A stretch of 64,000 nt of DNA, taken from the sequence record NC_008515.1; one strand, given 5' to 3'. The DNA is from Escherichia phage RB32. Shown in pieces: positions 50,757 to 60,747 of the stretch (the stretch's first letter is position 1; every line of letters begins with the position of its first letter). The notes beneath the pieces are model-generated. The model saw nothing but the letters and a program-made list of their open reading frames with translations. It was not told the origin of the DNA and made no database searches. The position numbers and the translations under genes are program-made.

Positions 50757-53700
50757 ATGGCTACTTTAAAACAAATACAATTTAAAAGAAGCAAAATTGC
50801 AGGTCAACGTCCTGCAGCTTCAGTATTAGCCGAAGGTGAATTGGCTATAAACTTAAAAGATAAAACAATTTTCACAAAAGATGACTCAGGTAGTGTTATA
50901 GAATTAGGTTTAAAATATGGAGGAACTATAAATGGATCTTTAGAGGTTACAGAAAATATAACTGGAACTTTAATTGGAAATTCTAGTACAGCTACTAAAT
51001 TGCAAACATCTAGGAAAATTAATGGTATATCTTTTGATGGATCAAAGGACATTACACTAACTCCATCTGATATAAATGTAAATAGTACAACATTTATAAA
51101 AAATAACGGCGAATTACCCGTTGATGCTAATTTAGATACATACGGGCCCATTGAAGAATATCTTGGTGTTTGGTCGAAATCTACTTCAACAAATGCGCAA
51201 CCAGCAAATAAATTCCCAGAAGAAAATGCCGTAGGTGTACTAGAAGTATTTGTGGCCGGCCAATTTGCTGGCACTCAGCGTTATACTGTAAGATCTGGTA
51301 ACGTCTATATTCGTTCCTTATCTGCTAAATGGAATGGCGTCGATGGTCCATGGGGTGTGTGGCGTAATGTTCAAGCGTCAACTCGTCCACTTTCACAAAC
51401 GATTGACCTTGATAGCTTGGGAGAATTAGAACATTGTGGCTTATGGAGAAACAGTTCAAGCGCAATCGCATCATTTGATCGCCATTATCCAGAAGAAGGA
51501 TCAGCCGCACAAGGATTTTTAGAAATATTTGAAGGTGGTTTATACACGAGAACGCAGCGATATACTACCCGCATGGGTATGGTTTATACTCGTTGTCTCG
51601 CTGCCGCATGGGATGCTAGTGCACCTAAGTGGGAGGAATGGAAGCAGGTTGGTCATGGCACACCAGCGACTTTCTATGACGGAGATCTGAATGATTTTAA
51701 AACTCCTGGGTTATATAATATTTTAGGCACTGATGCCGTTATTAACTGTCCTACCGGTGAAGGTTTGCCGACTGTTATTGTTGGTTTGCTGGAAGTTAAA
51801 CAGCGTGCTTCTGGCGGTGCTATTTTCCAAAAATTTACTACTGCCGGAACGGGTGCAACTACTCGCGATCGTATTTTTGAGCGTGCATATACTGGTGGTG
51901 TGTGGGGTGCATGGAACGAAGTATATACATCTTATTCTCTGCCAATTACTTTGGGTATGGGTGGTGTTAAAGCTCAATTAGCGGAGCTAGATTGGAACAC
52001 ATTTGATTTTGTTCCTGGCAGTATGTTTAGCGTTCCTTTGAACAAAATAAAGAACATGCCAGCAAATATGGATTGGGGTACGATTGACGGAAACTTGATC
52101 ATGTTTTCCGTTGGACCAAGCGAGGGTGACGGAACAGGTCGAACAATTCAATTATGGCGTGGAAGAGCAACACAATCAGACTATCGTTATTTTGTTGTTC
52201 GTATTACTGGACCTTTGACGAATAGAACTTGTACAGCTCGACGCGTTGTTCTTGAAGATGGTCGCCACACATGGACAGCTCAACAAGATTTTAATGGCGC
52301 AGTTAACTTCGGTGCTCCTACCAATTTTAACTCTACTGTTAATCTTAATAACACTACCACTTTTAAAACAGCAGTTAAATTCCGCTCATCTAATGCATTC
52401 CGTATGTATGCCGGAAAATTTGGTACAATTTTCCGTAATGATGGAGAGAGTCTTTATATTCTTTCCACCGACGAAGATGATCAAGATGGAAACTTTAATA
52501 CAAATAGACCTTTCCGTTATGAATTAAGAACTGGTGATGTTACTTTGGGTGGTGCTGTTGGTGCTAACGTTTTAAAATTAAAACGTGATTCTCTCACCGC
52601 ATTTTTTGGCGGTGATATTAACATGAAAGGCACGATGACTTTTGACGCCGGACGTTTAGGATCACGAGATTATTTTAAATTTAACCATTGGGGTGATAGC
52701 AATAACGCTCGTGATAACATCATCCAGTTAGAAGATAGCCAAGGCGCCCATTTTTCCACTGAACGTACTTTAGCGACAGGTGCAATTAAAACTCGTTTCT
52801 TTGGCGAAACATTCACTGATGGTACATTATACCTAAATCAGATGAATAATAGCTCTGAACGATTCTCTATCAACAATTGGGGAAATTCAGAAGTTGGTCG
52901 CGCGGCAGTATTGGAAGTCGGCGATTCAAAAGGTTATCACTTCTATGCTGAACGCAGGACAGATAACAGTTTGATGTTTGATGTTGCTGGTTCTTTGATC
53001 GTGCATGGACCTAGCGGAATAACCATCAAAAACTCAACTGGTGCACGACATATCTGGTTTAGAGATGATAGCGATGCAGAAAAGGCTGTTATCTGGGCTA
53101 CAGATGAGGGTATTTTACATATTCGCAATAATCATGGGGGTTCATTTAGTCATCACTTCCAGGGTGCAATGATTAAAGCGGGAGAGCGTGTTCCATATAG
53201 TGGTGAATACGCTCTTATCCGTGGTAATATTTCCGGTGGTGCATGGGTAGACTGGCGAGATCGTCCGGCTGGATTGTTGGTAGACTGTCAGGACTCACGA
53301 AATCAAGCATATAGCATTTGGAAAGCTACTCATTGGGGCGAACAGCACCTTGCGGCGATGGGTGTTCATGCTGGCGGTGGTAATCCTCAGGTTGTATTGC
53401 ATGTGGGTGGGAGTGATTATGCATTTGCATTTAACGGTGATTTTACTGCTGGTGCTGCTGTATATTGTAACGACGTTTATATTCGTTCTGACCGTCGTCT
53501 GAAAATTAATGTTGAAGACTACGAAGAGAATGCGGTGGATAAGGTAAATAAACTCAAAGTTAAAACCTATGATAAAGTTAAATCTCTTTCTGACCGCGAA
53601 GTTATCGGCCATGAGATTGGTATTATCGCACAGGATTTGCAAGAAGTATTACCGGAAGCTGTTAGCACTTCTAGTGTCGGATCTCAGGATAACCCAGAAG

Positions 53701-53840
53701 AAATTTTAACAATTTCTAACTCTGCTGTGAACGCGCTTTTAATTAAGGCTATCCAAGAAATGAGCGAAGAAATTAAAGAATTAAAAACGCCTTTCTTCAC
53801 TAAAATTGCTCGCAAAATTAGTAATTATTTTAAATTCTAA
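50757..53840 (+). CDS. 37: Long tail fibre distal subunit gp37 with C-terminal chaperone-like domain
   Basis: 1027 aa; C-terminal ~116 aa begin at the motif [11 protein letters not shown] (S911), resembling autoproteolytic intramolecular chaperone domains of other phage fibres. Confidence 0.92.
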   Translation: MATLKQIQFKRSKIAGQRPAASVLAEGELAINLKDKTIFTKDDSGSVIELGLKYGGTINGSLEVTENITGTLIGNSSTATKLQTSRKINGISFDGSKDITLTPSDINVNSTTFIKNNGELPVDANLDTYGPIEEYLGVWSKSTSTNAQPANKFPEENAVGVLEVFVAGQFAGTQRYTVRSGNVYIRSLSAKWNGVDGPWGVWRNVQASTRPLSQTIDLDSLGELEHCGLWRNSSSAIASFDRHYPEEGSAAQGFLEIFEGGLYTRTQRYTTRMGMVYTRCLAAAWDASAPKWEEWKQVGHGTPATFYDGDLNDFKTPGLYNILGTDAVINCPTGEGLPTVIVGLLEVKQRASGGAIFQKFTTAGTGATTRDRIFERAYTGGVWGAWNEVYTSYSLPITLGMGGVKAQLAELDWNTFDFVPGSMFSVPLNKIKNMPANMDWGTIDGNLIMFSVGPSEGDGTGRTIQLWRGRATQSDYRYFVVRITGPLTNRTCTARRVVLEDGRHTWTAQQDFNGAVNFGAPTNFNSTVNLNNTTTFKTAVKFRSSNAFRMYAGKFGTIFRNDGESLYILSTDEDDQDGNFNTNRPFRYELRTGDVTLGGAVGANVLKLKRDSLTAFFGGDINMKGTMTFDAGRLGSRDYFKFNHWGDSNNARDNIIQLEDSQGAHFSTERTLATGAIKTRFFGETFTDGTLYLNQMNNSSERFSINNWGNSEVGRAAVLEVGDSKGYHFYAERRTDNSLMFDVAGSLIVHGPSGITIKNSTGARHIWFRDDSDAEKAVIWATDEGILHIRNNHGGSFSHHFQGAMIKAGERVPYSGEYALIRGNISGGAWVDWRDRPAGLLVDCQDSRNQAYSIWKATHWGEQHLAAMGVHAGGGNPQVVLHVGGSDYAFAFNGDFTAGAAVYCNDVYIRSDRRLKINVEDYEENAVDKVNKLKVKTYDKVKSLSDREVIGHEIGIIAQDLQEVLPEAVSTSSVGSQDNPEEILTISNSAVNALLIKAIQEMSEEIKELKTPFFTKIARKISNYFKF

Positions 53841-53846
53841 CAACAA

Positions 53847-53859
53847 GGGGCTTTGCCCC
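53847..53859 (+). terminator. Stem-loop GGGGC-UUU-GCCCC after gene 37
   Basis: 5-bp GC stem followed by tttggag; weak U-tract. Confidence 0.4.
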
Positions 53860-53872
53860 TTTGGAGAAAATT

Positions 53873-54673
53873 ATGGCAGTAGTTGGAGTTCCTGGCTGGA
53901 TTGGAAGTTCAGCCGTAAATGAAACGGGTCAGCGCTGGATGAGTCAAGCAGCTGGTCAATTAAGATTGGGTGTTCCTTGCTGGATGAGTCAATTTGCAGG
54001 TCGCTCAAGAGAAATTATTCATACACTTGGAGCGGACCATAACTTTAATGGTCAATGGTTCCGAGATAGATGTTTTGAGGCAGGTAGTGCACCTATAGTG
54101 TTTAATATTACCGGAAATTTGGTATCATATTCTAGAGACGTTCCTTTATTCTTCATGTACGGAGATACACCTAATGAATATGTTCAGTTGAATATTGGTG
54201 GCGGCGTCCATATGTGGGGTAGAGGTGGACAAGGTGGATGGACTCATTCCGGCGGAGATGGTAATGGTCAACAAGGTGGTCATTGTATTCAAAATGACAT
54301 CGGTGGACGATTAAGAATTAATAACGGTGGAGTAATTTGTGGTGGAGGTGGAGGTGGAGGTGGTATCGCTTATCGTCCTCACTCTGGTGCAAAATGGCAA
54401 GATATTGGTGGTGGTGGAGGAAGACCATTTGGCCCAGGAGGAGGCGGAGGTTATTCCGGCGGCGCAGCTTCTTATGATGGCCCAGGAGGTGGTTATAATT
54501 ATGGTAATGCTCACTCTGGCCAGGGTGGTGATGCTGGCGCAAATGGACAAAATGCCTGGCATGATGGCGGTAAAGTTCTAAAAGTTGGAGCTGGTGGCGC
54601 TGCCGGATATGCTGTTATAGGATCAGCTCCAACATGGCAAAATGTTGGAGTAATATATGGTCCAAGGGTATAA
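53873..54673 (+). CDS. 38: Glycine-rich receptor-binding adhesin gp38 (T2/T6 type)
   Basis: 266 aa from the ATG at 53873 (the track start at 53861 is a TTG); N-terminus [28 protein letters not shown] and poly-Gly motifs separated by variable segments. Confidence 0.85.
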   Translation: MAVVGVPGWIGSSAVNETGQRWMSQAAGQLRLGVPCWMSQFAGRSREIIHTLGADHNFNGQWFRDRCFEAGSAPIVFNITGNLVSYSRDVPLFFMYGDTPNEYVQLNIGGGVHMWGRGGQGGWTHSGGDGNGQQGGHCIQNDIGGRLRINNGGVICGGGGGGGGIAYRPHSGAKWQDIGGGGGRPFGPGGGGGYSGGAASYDGPGGGYNYGNAHSGQGGDAGANGQNAWHDGGKVLKVGAGGAAGYAVIGSAPTWQNVGVIYGPRV

Positions 54674-54704
54674 TTTTGAATAAATATCCTTAAAAGGAGG
54701 GTCT

Positions 54705-55361
54705 ATGGCAGCACCTAGAATATCATTTTCGCCCTCTGATATTCTATTTGGTGTTCTAGATCGCTTGTTCAAAGATAACGCTACCGGGAAAGTTCTTGCT
54801 TCCCGGGTAGCTGTCGTAATTCTTTTGTTTATGATGGCGATTGTTTGGTATAGGGGAGATAGTTTCTTTGAGTACTATAAGCAATCAAAGTATGAAACAT
54901 ACAGTGAAATTATTGAAAAGGAAAGAAATGCACGCTTTGAATCTGTCGCCCTGGAACAACTCCAGATAGTTCACATATCATCTGAGGCAGACTTTAGTGC
55001 GGTGTATTCTTTCCGCCCTAAAAACTTAAACTATTTTGTTGATATTATAGCATATGAAGGAAAATTACCTTCAACAATAAGTGAAAAATCACTTGGAGGA
55101 TATCCTGTTGATAAAACTATGGATGAATATGCAGTTCATTTAAATGGACGTCATTATTATTCCAACTCAAAATTTGCTTTTTTACCAACTAAAAAGCCTA
55201 CTCCCGAAATAAACTACATGTACAGTTGTCCATATTTTAATTTGGATAATATCTATGCTGGAACAATAACCATGTACTGGTATAGAAATGATCATATAAG
55301 TAATGACCGCCTTGAATCAATATGTGCTCAGGCGGCCAGAATATTAGGAAGGGCTAAATAA
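54705..55361 (+). CDS. t: Holin T
   Basis: 218 aa, MAAPRISFSPSDILFGVLDRLFKDNATGKVLASRVAVVILLFMMAIVWY..., matches T4 holin. Confidence 0.93.
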   Translation: MAAPRISFSPSDILFGVLDRLFKDNATGKVLASRVAVVILLFMMAIVWYRGDSFFEYYKQSKYETYSEIIEKERNARFESVALEQLQIVHISSEADFSAVYSFRPKNLNYFVDIIAYEGKLPSTISEKSLGGYPVDKTMDEYAVHLNGRHYYSNSKFAFLPTKKPTPEINYMYSCPYFNLDNIYAGTITMYWYRNDHISNDRLESICAQAARILGRAK

Positions 55362-55634
55362 TTATTTGTTTGTATACATTTCTAAATATCTATATACACC
55401 CTCAAAACCCTCGTTGAATTCGTCGATGAGGGTTTTCTTATCTTCTTGAGTTAATTCAGAAACAATTTTACGGAATGAATTCTGATTTAATTTTCTACCT
55501 TCATGTGTTACTCCAATCTCATTCAGAAATGCAATAAAATTAGCACGATTCTCAACAATATCTTCTCTGGAAAATTTAATCAAAATAGACGCAACAGTAA
55601 TAATTTCACGAACTGTATCAATGTTTTTATTCAT
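55362..55634 (-). CDS. asiA: Anti-sigma-70 factor AsiA
   Basis: 90 aa, MNKNIDTVREIITVASILIKFSREDIVENRANFIAFLNEIG..., matches T4 AsiA. Confidence 0.93.
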   Translation of the reverse strand: MNKNIDTVREIITVASILIKFSREDIVENRANFIAFLNEIGVTHEGRKLNQNSFRKIVSELTQEDKKTLIDEFNEGFEGVYRYLEMYTNK

Positions 55635-55646
55635 TAACTATACCAC

Positions 55647-55799
55647 TCAATTAGTTGACTTTGTTATAATATCATCAGACGCTTGATTTGTAAACTGGTC
55701 TGTGCTATTTTCTTCAAAAATTTTTTCTACGAATTCCTTGAACGACTCGCGTTCCTGAGCTGCATTATGCTCGATTACCTTTTCAAGATTATGACTCAT
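55647..55799 (-). CDS. Small acidic protein, 50 aa (unannotated in ORF track)
   Basis: ORF MSHNLEKVIEHNAAQERESFKEFVEKIFEENSTDQFTNQASDDIITKSTN; its ATG overlaps the arn stop (ATGA). Confidence 0.45.
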   Translation of the reverse strand: MSHNLEKVIEHNAAQERESFKEFVEKIFEENSTDQFTNQASDDIITKSTN

Positions 55800-56074
55800 T
55801 CGAAATAATCTTCAATTTCGTAATCATGGACATAAATCATTATAGTTTTTAATATATCATCAATACTTTTTCCTGGAGCTGGAATTACGTAGAAATATCC
55901 TGCTTTTGAGAGGTCTTTATAAGTTCCAACCAAGAAATCATTATTCTCGAGATGTAGTTCTTCAACTAATTCATTGACAATTGAGTGATATAGATTTGGT
56001 AGAAACTTATATAGCTTTTCTAGAATATCAATTTTGATTGTATATTGAACCACAGATTGAGAATCAATAATCAT
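55796..56074 (-). CDS. arn: Arn, anti-restriction (McrBC inhibitor) protein
   Basis: 92 aa acidic protein at the T4 arn position between asiA and motA; assignment by position and length. Confidence 0.75.
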   Translation of the reverse strand: MIIDSQSVVQYTIKIDILEKLYKFLPNLYHSIVNELVEELHLENNDFLVGTYKDLSKAGYFYVIPAPGKSIDDILKTIMIYVHDYEIEDYFE

Positions 56075-56157
56075 AGACCTTCCCCTTATGTTTCTGTTTG
56101 CGATTAGATTCTTTAAACGCTTTCTTCTTATCTTTATGGACAGAAGCTTTATTAAAA

Positions 56158-56376
56158 TTATGTTTTGCGACTAAATTGTTCATAATGCTGAATTACCTCT
56201 CTTAAACATTTGCATGTGAATGAAAACTTTTTAGCTACACCACATTCAAATATGTGTTCTCTTAAATCGCGTGTATCAGTATATCCCATCTCAACAATAA
56301 AATGTCGTATTAGATTTTTATCTTTATCGTTTAGAGAATTAAAATAATCAGATTTTGAATTAATTTCCCTGGCCAA
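56158..56376 (-). CDS. Hypothetical protein, 72 aa
   Basis: ORF in the arn-motA run. Confidence 0.45.
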   Translation of the reverse strand: MAREINSKSDYFNSLNDKDKNLIRHFIVEMGYTDTRDLREHIFECGVAKKFSFTCKCLREVIQHYEQFSRKT

Positions 56377-56656
56377 ATTGAATCACCTTCAGTTGACGTT
56401 TTAACTCTTTTATCATTTCTTCGTTCATCGCAATATAAAGATCGCGTAAAGCAGGTTTTAGCATTCCATTTACCGGAGAACTAAATGGACATACATAATC
56501 TTTTCCTACGAGCTTTTTGGCGAATTCCATATCGCAGAACTTAAATCCCGGCTCATTGGTATAAATTCCCCAATTAGTTGACATCATTTTATTGGCATAT
56601 TCCAATGCCTGGATTTGATTAGTAATTCCATCAATTTGAAACTTTTTAATATTCAT
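56360..56656 (-). CDS. Hypothetical protein, 98 aa
   Basis: ORF in the arn-motA run. Confidence 0.5.
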   Translation of the reverse strand: MNIKKFQIDGITNQIQALEYANKMMSTNWGIYTNEPGFKFCDMEFAKKLVGKDYVCPFSSPVNGMLKPALRDLYIAMNEEMIKELKRQLKVIQFGQGN

Positions 56657-57123
56657 TAGTAAAGGTCCTCAGAGTAAAGTTCTTTTTCACTACCACCACG
56701 TTCAATACGTACTTGTCCAGCGTAAGTTGCAATAATCATTGCTTCTTCACGTGTCCAATAATTACTATATTGATCAATAAACCCTTGGTCATCATCACAA
56801 ACATGGTCTGATACAAGTTTATCACTTACCTGGTCAAGAACTTCAGCCATATCTTTAGAATAATGACGAGCACCAGGAATAACCAGAGTCCCACCATCTT
56901 TTAACTTAAAGCGGTTGGCTGCACACACAATTCGACGTTGATATTTTTCATTATTGTTCCAATGAGCTACTTGCCAACAGATTTCAGGAACCTCTTCTAA
57001 AACATCCTCTTCCGTATATTCGGTGTAGTCGCCATAGGCCTGTAATTTAGCTGCTAGACTTTCTGGAGTTTCACGTAATAAAGCCAGGTCTAATAATTCA
57101 AGACGCTCTTTGAAGGTTTTCAT
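56656..57123 (-). CDS. Hypothetical protein, 155 aa
   Basis: ORF; start overlaps the stop of the upstream 51-aa ORF (ATGA). Confidence 0.55.
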   Translation of the reverse strand: MKTFKERLELLDLALLRETPESLAAKLQAYGDYTEYTEEDVLEEVPEICWQVAHWNNNEKYQRRIVCAANRFKLKDGGTLVIPGARHYSKDMAEVLDQVSDKLVSDHVCDDDQGFIDQYSNYWTREEAMIIATYAGQVRIERGGSEKELYSEDLY

Positions 57124-57275
57124 TTGGTTTCCTCAACACTTTTAATTTTTATAGCTTGTTTAGAACTTTCAAAGCATTGACAATATACTCTTACCGCATC
57201 AAACTGGTTGGCCGCTTTAAGATGGACTACACCTTCGCCGTTATAAAATTCTACGACAATTTTAAATGTTTTCAT
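57120..57275 (-). CDS. Small protein, 51 aa (unannotated in ORF track)
   Basis: [54 protein letters not shown] with ATGA overlaps at both ends. Confidence 0.45.
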   Translation of the reverse strand: MKTFKIVVEFYNGEGVVHLKAANQFDAVRVYCQCFESSKQAIKIKSVEETK

Positions 57276-57601
57276 TTAAACCATCCTTTAATACGTTGCC
57301 ATAAAGTTTTCTGTTGAGCTTTGTTAACACCAATTGAGCGAATAACTGGTTGAGATTCATGGAATTCTTTATAATCAGCAAGGTAAATTTCGTAAGCTGA
57401 ATCCATAAAGGAACTTATAGCTGCCATGAAATTATTGCGAATACCTACTGGAGCATCTTTACTTTCACGAATAATCATGTATTTACCAGTCTTAATCTTT
57501 ACAATAGTTCCAAGATAAGCTCCATGGTACCAAATATCCCAACCCTCTTGAGTAGGTTCTGCACAACGACGAAGTTCATTAACAATTTCTAACTTGTTCA
57601 T
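57272..57601 (-). CDS. Hypothetical protein, 109 aa (motA.1 position)
   Basis: ORF directly downstream of motA. Confidence 0.55.
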   Translation of the reverse strand: MNKLEIVNELRRCAEPTQEGWDIWYHGAYLGTIVKIKTGKYMIIRESKDAPVGIRNNFMAAISSFMDSAYEIYLADYKEFHESQPVIRSIGVNKAQQKTLWQRIKGWFK

Positions 57602-57611
57602 TATTTATTCC

Positions 57612-58247
57612 TCACAGTTCAGATGCTACAGCGATTACTGCTTCAATGTTTTCTGCCGAGCGTTTAATGTCAAGATACACATTACCGTTTTTAGCGATTT
57701 TACATGACATTCCGATGTCAGTAAATTTCTGAATATGATGTTCCATCATTTTGTATCCAAAAATTCGCATATTTCCATTGTTGTTAATTTCAAAATTGCG
57801 AATTCCGTGAGTGCGTTTTTCTAAAATAGCGAGATAATTACTACGATAAGTTTCAACCTTTTTAAGAACAAATCCATTTTCATCTAAAAGTTTTAACATG
57901 AGGTCTTTATCTTCTTCCATATCGGAAGTAATCTCGCGAGCTTTACGAGTTGCTCGTTTTTTCAGCAGTTCAGGAGCATTTTCTTGTGCGTATAAAGTTG
58001 CTGCATTTGAAATAATATCCTGAGCTTCACCAGTAATGATTAATCCATCACCAGATTTCTCCACCAGGCCTTTTTTAATCAATACCCCAATATTACTATT
58101 AACTACTGCGTTACCTAAATCTGGATGCACCTCACGAACTTCTGCAGCTGTAATGAAATCTTTCTTAGCAATAGTAATTAAAATCGCAGCAGTTTTTTCA
58201 TTCAGAACATCGTTAGAAGCTTTGATGATGTAAGTTACTTTAGACAT
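57612..58247 (-). CDS. motA: MotA middle-transcription activator
   Basis: 211 aa, same length and position as T4 MotA. Confidence 0.92.
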   Translation of the reverse strand: MSKVTYIIKASNDVLNEKTAAILITIAKKDFITAAEVREVHPDLGNAVVNSNIGVLIKKGLVEKSGDGLIITGEAQDIISNAATLYAQENAPELLKKRATRKAREITSDMEEDKDLMLKLLDENGFVLKKVETYRSNYLAILEKRTHGIRNFEINNNGNMRIFGYKMMEHHIQKFTDIGMSCKIAKNGNVYLDIKRSAENIEAVIAVASEL

Positions 58248-58288
58248 TTTCTAATCTCCGTAATTCTGTATCAGTAGTTGATAGTTGT

Positions 58289-58318
58289 ATAGTACCACAG
58301 TATGCTTTGGTTGTAAAC
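58289..58318 (-). promoter_or_regulatory. Early promoter GTTTAC-N18-TACTAT with A/T-rich upstream block, for motA
   Basis: Minus-strand consensus match about 42 nt upstream of motA ATG; upstream block ttttgtgaaaaaaatttttgaaataaaaaag. Confidence 0.55.
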
Positions 58319-58350
58319 CGTTTTGTGAAAAAAATTTTTGAAATAAAAAA

Positions 58351-58370
58351 GGGAGAGCCTCGGCTCTCCC
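58351..58370 (-). terminator. Terminator GGGAGAGC-CGAG-GCUCUCCC + U-run
   Basis: 8-bp stem followed by UUUUUUAUUUC on the minus transcript. Confidence 0.65.
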
Positions 58371-58375
58371 TAAAA

Positions 58376-58525
58376 TTACTGTTCAAACGCGATTACTATC
58401 ATGATAACACGCTGAATACCAAAAGCAAGAAGACCTCCTGCTACGGCTGGAACAACACCTAAACCCGCCAGTAAAATGGCACCAGATACTAACGCAGCGC
58501 TTGTAATACCTACGAATGGACTCAT
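58376..58525 (-). CDS. Small hydrophobic membrane peptide, 49 aa (52.1-like position)
   Basis: ORF MSPFVGITSAALVSGAILLAGLGVVPAVAGGLLAFGIQRVIMIVIAFEQ; ATG overlaps the gene 52 stop (ATGA). Confidence 0.5.
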   Translation of the reverse strand: MSPFVGITSAALVSGAILLAGLGVVPAVAGGLLAFGIQRVIMIVIAFEQ

Positions 58526-59850
58526 TTGATTTCCTCTAAATCTTTGGTGTATTCGGTAACTACATCAGTAGTTTTCCAATATTCGTTTTCTTCTTTTTTA
58601 GCTTTAGCTTCTTCAGCAAGTTTCTTTGCTTCGTCGGAAGTCATATGAAAAATATTCATTCCGACTAGTTTATCAACATAAGAAGAATACATATCAATTT
58701 TAGAAAGTTCTTCGGTCAGTTCTTTGCGAGTTTTACCCTGCACAACAATTTCACCTGAAATTACTTTCTTAATGAAATGTGCCTTGGCAAAGGCTAAACG
58801 AAATGCTGATTCAGTTTCTTTGATTTTGTTATCAATTCGTTTTTGGACATAAGTTTTACGAACTTCAACAAAGTCTTTAATTAAATCAACTACGTTATCG
58901 TAAACTTGCAGTTTTCCTTTCTCATTAATAACCGTAATATTCTGAGAACGACGCTCAATCAACCCAAAGTCTTTCATAATTTTTGCATGGCGTTCTTCTT
59001 CATTATCGCTCAAAAAATATTCTTTACGGAATTTAACTTTAAAGCCAAAACCATGCTCACCACAAGCATCATCCCATGTAATGAAGCCTTTATCTTCAAG
59101 CGGGTCTAAAATTTTACTCACATAAGTTTCACGATCATACTTATACGGAATCTCAGTGATATGCATTTGAGTTCGTGAAGTAAACTTATATGTTCCACGA
59201 ATTTCATATTGCCCATCAATTTCAACGACTTCACCACGAAATTCTGGGAATTCTACCTTCGGTTTAGTTACTTTCTTTCCTTGAAGAGCTTGTAATACAG
59301 CTTTCTTAACAGAAGAAACACTATGAGGAAGAATGTAAGTTGCATAACCAGTTGCAATACCGGAAACGCCATTAAGAAGAACAGTAGGAATAATAGGCAA
59401 ATAGAAAGCAGGCGGAATGTGTTCTTTATCTTGATGTACCGGAGCATATTCAGTATCTTTATATACGTTATAGAAATTTTTACTTACACGAGCAAAAATA
59501 TAACGACTTGCCGCTGCTTTTTGGACGGTACGAGAACCAAAGTTTCCTTGACCATCTAACAAAGGAAAGTTATTATTCCAAGTGTTAGCCATCAAAGCAC
59601 CTGCGTCTTGTGCAGAGTTTTCGCCATGGTGATATCCAAGGTCCGCTACACCACCTGCGATAGAAGCGAGCTTATGAAACTTATCTTTATTTCCTCGTGC
59701 CAAATCAAGAGCTCGAGCAATAACAAATCGTTGAACTGGCTTAAATCCATCAATCATATTTGGGATAGCACGATTTTCAACCGTGTACATAGCATAAGCC
59801 AATGCTTCATTATCAATGATACTTTTTAAATCGCGATTATTCAGTTGCAT
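58522..59850 (-). CDS. 52: DNA topoisomerase II medium subunit gp52
   Basis: 442 aa, MQLNNRDLKSIIDNEALAYAMYTVENRAIPNMIDGFKPVQRF..., matches T4 gp52. Confidence 0.95.
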   Translation of the reverse strand: MQLNNRDLKSIIDNEALAYAMYTVENRAIPNMIDGFKPVQRFVIARALDLARGNKDKFHKLASIAGGVADLGYHHGENSAQDAGALMANTWNNNFPLLDGQGNFGSRTVQKAAASRYIFARVSKNFYNVYKDTEYAPVHQDKEHIPPAFYLPIIPTVLLNGVSGIATGYATYILPHSVSSVKKAVLQALQGKKVTKPKVEFPEFRGEVVEIDGQYEIRGTYKFTSRTQMHITEIPYKYDRETYVSKILDPLEDKGFITWDDACGEHGFGFKVKFRKEYFLSDNEEERHAKIMKDFGLIERRSQNITVINEKGKLQVYDNVVDLIKDFVEVRKTYVQKRIDNKIKETESAFRLAFAKAHFIKKVISGEIVVQGKTRKELTEELSKIDMYSSYVDKLVGMNIFHMTSDEAKKLAEEAKAKKEENEYWKTTDVVTEYTKDLEEIK

Positions 59851-59854
59851 AAAT

Positions 59855-59995
59855 TTACCATACTAGTGAATGTAGTGCCATAATAACATCAGAAATGAAA
59901 AGCACGACTTGAATTAATCCGAACATTATTCCATAATATAACGCTATCAATAAAATAGCATGGGCTAATGAATAGCCCAAGATTTTCTTAATCAT
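59855..59995 (-). CDS. Small hydrophobic membrane peptide, 46 aa
   Basis: ORF MIKKILGYSLAHAILLIALYYGIMFGLIQVVLFISDVIMALHSLVW; ATG overlaps the ac stop. Confidence 0.45.
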   Translation of the reverse strand: MIKKILGYSLAHAILLIALYYGIMFGLIQVVLFISDVIMALHSLVW

Positions 59996-60143
59996 TTTTA
60001 TTTAATAGCCAAAACACTAATAAAACTACTGCTAATACGCCTTGGGCTGATGCTTGTAAAAATACTGAAGTTTCTCCAGTTACCAATGTTCCAACAAATA
60101 AAAAGGACCAACAGAAAAAGGCTATACCATGAACAAATTTCAT
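59988..60143 (-). CDS. ac: Ac (acridine-resistance) membrane peptide
   Basis: 51 aa hydrophobic ORF MKFVHGIAFFCWSFLFVGTLVTGETSVFLQASAQGVLAVVLLVFWLLNKND between stp and gene 52; SD GAGGAAAA. Confidence 0.65.
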   Translation of the reverse strand: MKFVHGIAFFCWSFLFVGTLVTGETSVFLQASAQGVLAVVLLVFWLLNKND

Positions 60144-60150
60144 ATTTTCC

Positions 60151-60231
60151 TCACTGGCGTCCGAAGACGCCTTTGGTTTTAAGATTGTTACGATAGAACT
60201 GCATCACGTGTTCGTTGTGGAAATTACTCAT
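60151..60231 (-). CDS. stp: Stp peptide (suppressor of pseT; modulator of host restriction/anticodon-nuclease complex)
   Basis: 26 aa [29 protein letters not shown], matching T4 Stp as I recall it; ATG overlaps the ndd stop (TAATG). Confidence 0.8.
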
Positions 60232-60689
60232 TAATATGCCTGCAAAACAAATTTAAAGTTATCAGCCAACATACGGTTCATTTCTTCAAGTGTTTGATAC
60301 TCAGAATGGTGATTACGAGTAAACGCCAAAGCTAACTGACCTTTACCAAATCCCGTCGTCAGAGGTTTCATCTTAGAAGCAGGCAGATAAAACACTGTGT
60401 ATGGAACATTGTTATTTGCAATAGTACGTGCAAGCTGAGACCGACGTTGACGAATATGACTTAGAACTGCACTGAATCCTTGCTTAGAACGCTGATTACC
60501 TACATAAAATCGTGCAGACACACATGGATTACTAAATGGACGACCATCTAATTTACTTACTAAAAAGTAAAATCCAGGTTTAGATAAAATATCTTTATGT
60601 GGAGTTCCTAAAAACCATTCACCACCCTTGATTGTACCAATAACAGTAGCGCCCGCATTATTCAGATCAGTAACAGTCATATATTTCAT
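60231..60689 (-). CDS. ndd: Nucleoid disruption protein Ndd
   Basis: About 152 aa from [25 protein letters not shown]...; the track ORF extends 18 codons upstream. Confidence 0.88.
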
Positions 60690-60747
60690 ATTAATTTCCT
60701 CTAAATTATTTTCTACTCCAAGGCCGCATGAATACACGGCCATTAAA

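Noticed and set aside
54311-54581. Three overlapping ORFs (54311..54562 -, 54318..54542 -, 54339..54581 +) and repetitive GGTGGAGG tracts inside gene 38
   Set aside because: They are shadow frames created by the GGN-rich glycine codon repeats of gp38; the repeats are coding (poly-Gly motifs), not a CRISPR array or satellite.
55355-55370. Convergent genes t (+) and asiA (-) abutting with no spacer or terminator
   Set aside because: This matches the T4 arrangement as far as I recall and no additional element is visible; not reported as a finding.
56064-56183. Lys-rich 39-aa ORF (MNNLVAKHNFNKASVHKDKKKAFKESNRKQKHKGKVYDY) ending in an ATGA overlap with arn
   Set aside because: Its start lies inside the last 8 codons of the 72-aa ORF in another frame and it lacks a clear SD; kept only as a possibility, not called as a feature.
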